A stretch of 64,000 bases of DNA, taken from positions 1 through 64,000 of the IMG/VR virus record IMGVR_UViG_3300032242_001192. One strand, given 5' to 3'. Below the pieces are notes generated by a model that saw only the letters and a list, made by a program, of their open reading frames with translations, had not been told where the DNA came from and made no database searches. Origin of the DNA: a virus. Shown here one piece after another: positions 57,765-64,000 of this stretch (positions are counted from its first letter, which is position 1; each line of letters starts with the position of its first letter). Made by a program: the position numbers and the translations under genes.

Positions 57765-57789
57765 CAAGAAGCATAAAAGGTGTTATAAT
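57761..57789 (+). promoter_or_regulatory. sigma70-type early promoter, perfect consensus with extended -10
   Basis: TTGACA N17 TATAAT (aaaggtgtTATAAT). Confidence 0.92.
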
Positions 57790-57825
57790 ATAGTATGAAT
57801 TGTTTGAAACCACAGGAGTTATATT

Positions 57826-59004
57826 ATGTCTAAATCGCACTTCACCGAAGATCAGCGCAAAGAATTGATTACTACATTGATTACGCAATATGGTAATCGA
57901 GTATCTAAAGATGCTATTATTGATTTTTGTTCGAAGCAGAATTTGCCGAATCCTCATTTCCTGATCTCTCGGCGTGACATCAAGGCAGGAAAAGATTATA
58001 TGTTAGATCTATTTTATGAAAAAGGTGAAGAAATGAAACGTGAAGATACTCCAGTAAATGCACCAGCATTGCAAGCACAAGTAATGCAGTTTAAACCAAA
58101 ACGTGTAGCAGTAGAAGCAGATAGTACTATTCCTCAAAAGGATAATACTTATGTTCCGTTTGGATTCTTTAGACAGTTAGAACAGATTATCAAATCGCAG
58201 ACATTCTATCCAGTCTTTATTACTGGCCTATCAGGCAATGGCAAGACTACTATGGTAGAACAAGTTGCAGCTAAACTTAAGCGTGAGTGTATTCGAGTTA
58301 ATATTAGTATTGAAACAGATGAAGATGATCTAATCGGTGGTAATACTTTGCATGACGGTAACGTAATTTATCGTGAGGGTCCTGTTCTTATGGCAATGCG
58401 TCGAGGTGCAGTACTTCTAATTGACGAAATTGATCGTGGATCTAATAAATTGATGTGCCTACAAAGTATTCTAGAAGGCAAGCCATTCTTTAATAAGAAA
58501 ACAGGTGAGATGGTCTATCCTGAAAAAGGATTCACAATTATCGCAACTGCTAATACTAAAGGTCGTGGTACTGAGGATGGTCGTTTTATTGCAGCACAGA
58601 TTTTGGATGAGGCATTCTTAGAGCGCTTCCCTATTACAGTTGAACAAGAGTATCCTAGCGCTGCTGTTGAAAAGAAAATTGTAAACAATAAAATGGAATT
58701 CTATGGTCGTGTAGATACCGACTTTGCAGAGAAGCTTGTTAACTGGGCAGAGATTATTCGTAAGACATTTGTAGAAGGTGGCGTAGACGAGATTGTCAGT
58801 ACACGTCGTTTGGTAAATATCGTACAGGCATATTCAATCTTCGAAGATCGTGAGGAAGCAATTAAGTATTGTATTAATCGATTTGATGACGATACAAAGA
58901 CAGCATTTATGGATTTGTATTCTAAAATGAATGCTCCTGTAGAACAAGCAGTTAAGGCAAATCCTGATAGCGAAAGCAATCTAGATGATGAGGTTCCATT
59001 CTAA
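57826..59004 (+). CDS. cobS: MoxR/CobS-like AAA+ ATPase
   Basis: GLSGNGKT, RVNI..ETDEDDLIGG, LLIDEID, ATANTKGRG..DGRF, LDEAFLERF, STRRLV. Confidence 0.9.
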   Translation: MSKSHFTEDQRKELITTLITQYGNRVSKDAIIDFCSKQNLPNPHFLISRRDIKAGKDYMLDLFYEKGEEMKREDTPVNAPALQAQVMQFKPKRVAVEADSTIPQKDNTYVPFGFFRQLEQIIKSQTFYPVFITGLSGNGKTTMVEQVAAKLKRECIRVNISIETDEDDLIGGNTLHDGNVIYREGPVLMAMRRGAVLLIDEIDRGSNKLMCLQSILEGKPFFNKKTGEMVYPEKGFTIIATANTKGRGTEDGRFIAAQILDEAFLERFPITVEQEYPSAAVEKKIVNNKMEFYGRVDTDFAEKLVNWAEIIRKTFVEGGVDEIVSTRRLVNIVQAYSIFEDREEAIKYCINRFDDDTKTAFMDLYSKMNAPVEQAVKANPDSESNLDDEVPF

Positions 59005-59019
59005 TAATAATATAATCTA

Positions 59020-59044
59020 AGCAAGGGCGCTTCGGCGCCCTGCT
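59020..59044 (+). terminator. GC-rich cUUCGg hairpin after cobS (terminator or processing/stability element)
   Basis: agggcgc-TTCG-gcgccct stem; weak U-tract. Confidence 0.6.
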
Positions 59045-59053
59045 CCTATCTTT

Positions 59054-59884
59054 ATGCACACTAATGAAATAGTCCATGACACCTTTATTCCTAGATGGTT
59101 CGGTAGGCTAGGAAATAACATACAACAAATATCTAATGCCATTTACTTTTGTAGAAATAATAGCATTAATTTTTCCTCACCTGAGAGCGTTTATCTTAAT
59201 GAAATTAATGAACAGTTTGGTCCAAGTACATATAAAATAAAAGAAGATTCTAATAATTGGTTTTACTTTTTTAATGGACCGGATGCAGATTTTACTGTCG
59301 ATATAGATGATCTAAATAGAAAAAGAAAAGAAATATGTTTAGAATACATTCTACCTGCTCTAAAAATTAACCATGAAGAATTGAACACTCCTGTAGAAGA
59401 ATTAGTTATTCATATTCGAAGCGGTGATCTATATACTAGATGGCCTGCAACACATACACAAAATCCGCTAGCATATTATCTACATTTATATCTAACCCAT
59501 AATGGCAAGGTTATATTTGTAGCTGAGGATGATAACAATCCAATCGTTTATTTTCTAAGCAAAATGCCAAGCGTAGACATTCGATTATTGAATGAGATGG
59601 ATAGTTACACTTTATTATTACGAGCAAAAAATTTAGCAACATCTGGTGCAGGTTCTTTTGCAATATCTGCAGCTTTCTGTTCGCCTAATTTAGAAAATTT
59701 ATACTGTACAGATTTATACTTGGAAAATAGTTTGAATCCGACTATGTTAAAAGAGCAACTTAATGTTCTTATGGCGGATGTCTCAGGCAATAAATATTTT
59801 AAAGTAGGTGAGTGGAATACTGCGCAACACGACATTAATAAGATCTTGAAATACGAAGATCATATATCATTTAGGAGACTATAG
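59054..59884 (+). CDS. GT11-like alpha-1,2-fucosyl/colitosyl-transferase
   Basis: GRLGNNIQQ and VIHIRSGD motifs, NPL.YY, SF. Confidence 0.75.
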   Translation: MHTNEIVHDTFIPRWFGRLGNNIQQISNAIYFCRNNSINFSSPESVYLNEINEQFGPSTYKIKEDSNNWFYFFNGPDADFTVDIDDLNRKRKEICLEYILPALKINHEELNTPVEELVIHIRSGDLYTRWPATHTQNPLAYYLHLYLTHNGKVIFVAEDDNNPIVYFLSKMPSVDIRLLNEMDSYTLLLRAKNLATSGAGSFAISAAFCSPNLENLYCTDLYLENSLNPTMLKEQLNVLMADVSGNKYFKVGEWNTAQHDINKILKYEDHISFRRL

Positions 59885-59885
59885 C

Positions 59886-60899
59886 ATGGCAAACAAAGTT
59901 GCTCTAATTACGGGCATTACTGGGCAAGACGGTTCTTATCTTGCAGAATTACTATTAGAAAAAGGTTATGAGGTTCATGGAATTGTTCGTCGCAGTTCTT
60001 CTATGAACACAAGCCGTATTAATCATATCTATAGTAATCCAAATCTTCATCTTCACTATGGTGACGTAACAGATTCTTTATCTATTATGAATGTATTGAA
60101 GAAACATAATCCTAGCGAGATCTATAATCTGGCAGCACAAAGTCATGTGAAGGTTTCTTTTGAAACTCCTGAGTATACAGCAATGGTTGATGGCTTAGGT
60201 ACATTAAAGATTTTAGAGTCAGTTAGATTATTAGGAATGGAAAAAACAACTAAGATCTATCAAGCATCTACATCTGAACTATATGGTTTAGTTCAGGAAA
60301 TCCCACAAAGAGAAACAACTCCGTTCTATCCTAGATCACCATATGGTGTTGCTAAGTTATATGCATACTGGATTGTTAAGAATTATCGAGAATCATATAA
60401 TATGTTCTGTTGTTCAGGTATTCTATTTAATCACGAATCTCCCCGCAGAGGTTTCAACTTCGTTACTAAGAAGATTGTAAATGGATTAGAAGCGGTTAGT
60501 TCTGGTCGTCAAGAATGTTTGACATTAGGTAATCTAACAGCATTAAGAGATTGGGGACATGCTAAAGATTATGTCGAAGCAATGTGGTTAATGTTACAAC
60601 AGGATACTCCCGATGACTATGTTATTGCTACAGGTGAGCAATATACAGTTAAACAATTCGTAGAACATTGTGCTCCATATTTCGCATTGAAGATTCGCTG
60701 GGAAGGTGAAGGCTTAAATGAAGTAGGTATTGATGTTAACACTAATAGAGTTGTAGTAAGAGTTGATCCTAAATACTTCCGACCCGCAGAAGTTCAAACC
60801 TTATTGGGAGATTCTACAAAAGCTAGAAGTGTCCTCGGTTGGCAACCTAAACATTCTTTCGACGACTTGGTCGAAGATATGTGCATAAACTTTGAATAA
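59886..60899 (+). CDS. gmd: GDP-mannose 4,6-dehydratase
   Basis: [81 protein letters not shown]. Confidence 0.97.
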   Translation: MANKVALITGITGQDGSYLAELLLEKGYEVHGIVRRSSSMNTSRINHIYSNPNLHLHYGDVTDSLSIMNVLKKHNPSEIYNLAAQSHVKVSFETPEYTAMVDGLGTLKILESVRLLGMEKTTKIYQASTSELYGLVQEIPQRETTPFYPRSPYGVAKLYAYWIVKNYRESYNMFCCSGILFNHESPRRGFNFVTKKIVNGLEAVSSGRQECLTLGNLTALRDWGHAKDYVEAMWLMLQQDTPDDYVIATGEQYTVKQFVEHCAPYFALKIRWEGEGLNEVGIDVNTNRVVVRVDPKYFRPAEVQTLLGDSTKARSVLGWQPKHSFDDLVEDMCINFE

Positions 60900-60900
60900 T

Positions 60901-61590
60901 ATGCAAGGCAATAGTGTAAAGGTTCAGGGGATAGGAGGGTTTCCTCCATCCATGAATGATGTAAACAGAATTGTCACTGAGAAATATTTAAACTATGATA
61001 ATGGTTTCTTTATTGAAGTAGGTGGTGCAGATGGTTACACTCAAAGTAATACTTGGTACTTAGAAAAATATAAAAATTGGACAGGTATTTTAGTTGAACC
61101 TAATACAGAATCTGCTATAGTTTGTCGCAATAATAGAGAAAACTCTTTAGTATATAATTATGCTTTAGTTAGTGAGGATTTTGAGGAAGACGAAATTAAA
61201 ATGATGCGGCGTGTTGTATACAACGGCGACCCAGGTTTGATGACTTCTACCGCAGATTCTCCAATTCGTCAAGTATCGGATTGGATCAATCCTATAACAG
61301 ATTCAGATATCACTGAAGAATTTACAGTACAGACAGCAACACTAAATAGTATTCTTGAAGCACAGGATGTTAAGACAATAGATTTCTTTTCACTTGATGT
61401 TGAGGGATATGAATTAGAAGTACTCAAAGGATTAGATCTAAAAAGATTTTGTCCTAAAGTTATATTGATAGAATGGCATCTTGATATAGAAGATGTTAAA
61501 AAGTTACTAGATGAAACACACGAATTCAAAGAACAGTTATCTAAGCATGACTATGTTTTTATAGCAAGGGAACAAAATGGAAAAAAATAG
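60901..61590 (+). CDS. FkbM-family methyltransferase
   Basis: GFFIEVGGADG.TQSNT..LE....W.GILVEP, IDFFSLDVEG.EL.VL.G. Confidence 0.88.
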   Translation: MQGNSVKVQGIGGFPPSMNDVNRIVTEKYLNYDNGFFIEVGGADGYTQSNTWYLEKYKNWTGILVEPNTESAIVCRNNRENSLVYNYALVSEDFEEDEIKMMRRVVYNGDPGLMTSTADSPIRQVSDWINPITDSDITEEFTVQTATLNSILEAQDVKTIDFFSLDVEGYELEVLKGLDLKRFCPKVILIEWHLDIEDVKKLLDETHEFKEQLSKHDYVFIAREQNGKK

Positions 61591-62512
61591 TAAGATATTT
61601 GTAGCAGGACATAATGGATTAGTAGGTTCTGCTATTGTAAGAAAGTTAAATGAAGAAGGTTACACTAATCTTATTTTAAGATCAAAAGCGGAATTAGATC
61701 TTAGAGACCAAAGAGCAGTGAAAAATTTCTTTAGTACAGAACTTCCTGAATATGTATTTTTGTGTGCTGCCAAAGTAGGTGGCATTAATTGGAACTGGAC
61801 AAATCCTGGTGAGTTTATTTACGATAACTTACAGATTCAAACGAATGTTATAGATGCAGCTTATAGAAATGGTGCTAAGAAATTATTGTTCTTAGGTTCT
61901 GCTTGTATCTATCCAAAGGTTACCCCTCAACCTATCAAGGAAGAATATCTTCTTACTGCTCCACTTGAGCCGACGAACGAGGGGTATGCATTAGCAAAAA
62001 TTACTGGTCTACGTATGTGCGAATACTACAGACGCCAGTATGGATTTAATGCCATTAGTTGTATGCCTGCAAACTTATATGGCATTAATGATAACTTTAT
62101 TCCTGAGCATGGTCATGTTATTCCCGGTATTATTACTAAGATGCATAATGCTATGAAGAACGGAGAAGATAGTATTGAATGTTGGGGCGATGGAACACCT
62201 ACAAGAGAATTCTTATACGTTGATGATCTTGCAGATGCTTGTTTTTGGTTGATGCAAAATTACGATGAAAAAGAATTTGTTAATGTAGGAAGCGACGAAG
62301 AACTTACTATCAAAGAACTAGTAAATAAACTCAAGAAAGAGTTTGGATTCAAAGGTAAGATTGTTTGGAATAAAGATAAACCAAATGGTACTCCAAGACG
62401 TAAAATGGATAATAGTAAATTAAAATCCCTTGGATGGAATGCTAAAGTTAATTTTGACGAAGGACTAAAGCGCACAATCGCTTGGTATAAAAAAGAAAAG
62501 GGATTATTATGA
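61577..62512 (+). CDS. fcl: GDP-L-fucose synthase / ColC-like epimerase-reductase
   Basis: IFVAGHNGLVGSA, AAKVGGI, LGSACIYP, LEPTNE.YA.AKI.G, PANLYG.NDNF, WGDGTP.REFLYVDD. Confidence 0.93.
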   Translation: MEKNSKIFVAGHNGLVGSAIVRKLNEEGYTNLILRSKAELDLRDQRAVKNFFSTELPEYVFLCAAKVGGINWNWTNPGEFIYDNLQIQTNVIDAAYRNGAKKLLFLGSACIYPKVTPQPIKEEYLLTAPLEPTNEGYALAKITGLRMCEYYRRQYGFNAISCMPANLYGINDNFIPEHGHVIPGIITKMHNAMKNGEDSIECWGDGTPTREFLYVDDLADACFWLMQNYDEKEFVNVGSDEELTIKELVNKLKKEFGFKGKIVWNKDKPNGTPRRKMDNSKLKSLGWNAKVNFDEGLKRTIAWYKKEKGLL

Positions 62513-63690
62513 GATGGCCTTTAATGGGTGAGACAATCACCTTTGGTGATAGACTTAAAATAGCTTACTTTGCTTTAACAGCAAAGAGATTTACTTTTGG
62601 CGAAAAGGTAAAACAATTTGAAGCCGAATGGAGCGATTGGGTTAATCCTAAATCATATGGAACATACTCATTATATGTGTCTTCAGGTAGTACAGCAAAT
62701 TTCCTATTGGTTGCTGCAGCAATCGAATTGTATGGATTAAGGAAAGGTGATAAAGTATTGTTGCCCGCTTGTACTTGGATGACTAATGTTGCCCCTATTA
62801 TTCAGCTAGGTCTTACTCCAGTATTCTGTGATGTAAATTTAAAGAACTTTAGTTTTGATTTAGATGAAGCGAAATTGCTAGCAAAGAAGCATAATATTAA
62901 AATGATATTTGTTACTCATCTATTAGGGTTCTCTGCTGATAATGAAGAATTGAGAAAGATTTTTCCTAAGGCAATTATTATAGATGACGTCTGTGAATCT
63001 CATGGATGTACTGATCCATTAGGTAATAAGCGTGGCGCTAACAGCACAGGTGCTACATTTAGTTTCTATTTTGGTCATCATATGTCTACGGTCGAAGGTG
63101 GTATGGTAACAACCAATGACAAAGATTTATATGATCTAATGAAGGTTAAACGTAGTCATGGTATGGCAAGAGAGTCTACTAGATTTGAAGACTATGCTCA
63201 ATTATATCCTGAGATTGATAAACAATTCTTATTTGTTACTGATGGATATAATTTTAGAAATCATGAGATTTGTGCGGTACTAGGTTCTTCTCAATTAAAA
63301 CGTTTGGATAAAATGATTGAGATTAGAAACAGAAATCATGATTTATTTACTAGTATCATTGACAAATATCCGCATCTATTTTATAATATAGACAATCCTG
63401 AAACGAACAGTAGTTTCAGCTTACCCTTCATTTGCAAGTCTAGAGAAATTATGCTAGCAATGAAAGAGACATTTGCTGAAAACGGTATTGAATATAGACC
63501 AGTTGTTGCAGGTAACTTATTATCACAGCCATTCTTAAAAGATTATGCGATTGATACACAAAAAGAAAGAACCAACGCTGATATTATTCAGAGTCAAGGT
63601 GTCTACATTGGAAACAATCATTTCGTAAACGATATAGATATGGAATTCTTAAAACAAGTAGTGGAGAAAATAGATGCCAAATTTAGGTAA
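62509..63690 (+). CDS. PLP/PMP-dependent GDP-4-keto-6-deoxymannose 3-dehydratase (ColD-like)
   Basis: SSGS.AN, DDVCESHG, SFYFGHHMSTVEGG (His in place of Schiff-base Lys), GYNFR, RP.VAGN; 393 aa. Confidence 0.78.
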   Translation: MRWPLMGETITFGDRLKIAYFALTAKRFTFGEKVKQFEAEWSDWVNPKSYGTYSLYVSSGSTANFLLVAAAIELYGLRKGDKVLLPACTWMTNVAPIIQLGLTPVFCDVNLKNFSFDLDEAKLLAKKHNIKMIFVTHLLGFSADNEELRKIFPKAIIIDDVCESHGCTDPLGNKRGANSTGATFSFYFGHHMSTVEGGMVTTNDKDLYDLMKVKRSHGMARESTRFEDYAQLYPEIDKQFLFVTDGYNFRNHEICAVLGSSQLKRLDKMIEIRNRNHDLFTSIIDKYPHLFYNIDNPETNSSFSLPFICKSREIMLAMKETFAENGIEYRPVVAGNLLSQPFLKDYAIDTQKERTNADIIQSQGVYIGNNHFVNDIDMEFLKQVVEKIDAKFR

Positions 63691-64000
63691 TAGTATTGAA
63701 GAAGTAATTGAGAAAACAGTTAAGCGTGTATTGAGTCAAGGTGACCTACCTGATTCTACATACGTTGAAACTGATAACCTAGGTGAGGTAATTGAAAAGC
63801 TTGCTATTATCCATATTCGTATGTGGATGTTGGAAGATGCTATTCAGGCAGCTAAGTCGGATGCCGAGATTGCTGAACTAAAACGTAAATGCGACATTTG
63901 CTTTAAAGTAAAGCGTCCTCGCTATGTACAGGCAATTAATCTAATGGTTGATACAGCAATTAAACAAAACAGATCGTTGGTAGAAGATTCTGTTAAATTA
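63674..64000 (+). CDS. Hypothetical helical protein (DUF4254-like), 3'-truncated
   Basis: MPNLGNSIEE...NLGEVIEKLAIIHIRMWMLED... open to window end. Confidence 0.65.
   Translation, partial: MPNLGNSIEEVIEKTVKRVLSQGDLPDSTYVETDNLGEVIEKLAIIHIRMWMLEDAIQAAKSDAEIAELKRKCDICFKVKRPRYVQAINLMVDTAIKQNRSLVEDSVKL

Noticed and set aside
57826-59004. Cobalamin biosynthesis auxiliary gene
   Set aside because: No cobN or other cob genes; generic MoxR AAA+/vWA pair.
1-64000. tRNA genes, introns/inteins, homing endonucleases, stop-codon reassignment
   Set aside because: No cloverleaf-sized gaps seen, core genes (gp17, gp20, gp23, uvsW, gp46) are uninterrupted and normal in length, and ORFs tile the window in the standard code.

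Overview
This window is a 64-kb, AT-rich segment of a T4-like (Tevenvirinae/cyanomyovirus-type) myovirus genome, with essentially all genes on the + strand in the standard genetic code. Positions 1-37.6 kb are the late virion module: an M15 peptidase, baseplate gp25/gp6/gp7-like/gp8, a split DUF4815/VrlC-like protein, tail-fibre and collagen-like proteins, gp13-gp23 and gp3, with T4 late promoters (TATAAATA). A GT-A glycosyltransferase, uvsY, uvsW and gp55 follow. Positions 41.5-50.4 kb hold the most interesting locus, a 7-deazaguanine DNA-modification cluster (queE, folE, dpdA-type transglycosylase, DpdL-like T-fold protein, variant queD, no queC in the window). It is interleaved with two GT-B glycosyltransferases, a GalE epimerase and an intact class-I glutamine amidotransferase, and has a preQ1-I-like RNA element in front of queD. 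This suggests a sugar-hypermodified deazaguanine base under possible riboswitch control. Further right are gp47/gp46, a 2OG-Fe(II) oxygenase, a vWA/peptidase plus MoxR(CobS) pair behind twin sigma70 promoters, and a GDP-colitose/fucose-type sugar cassette. A third copy of the same promoter motif points antisense into the late operon between gp13 and gp14. All homology calls come from motif recognition by eye; no searches were run.
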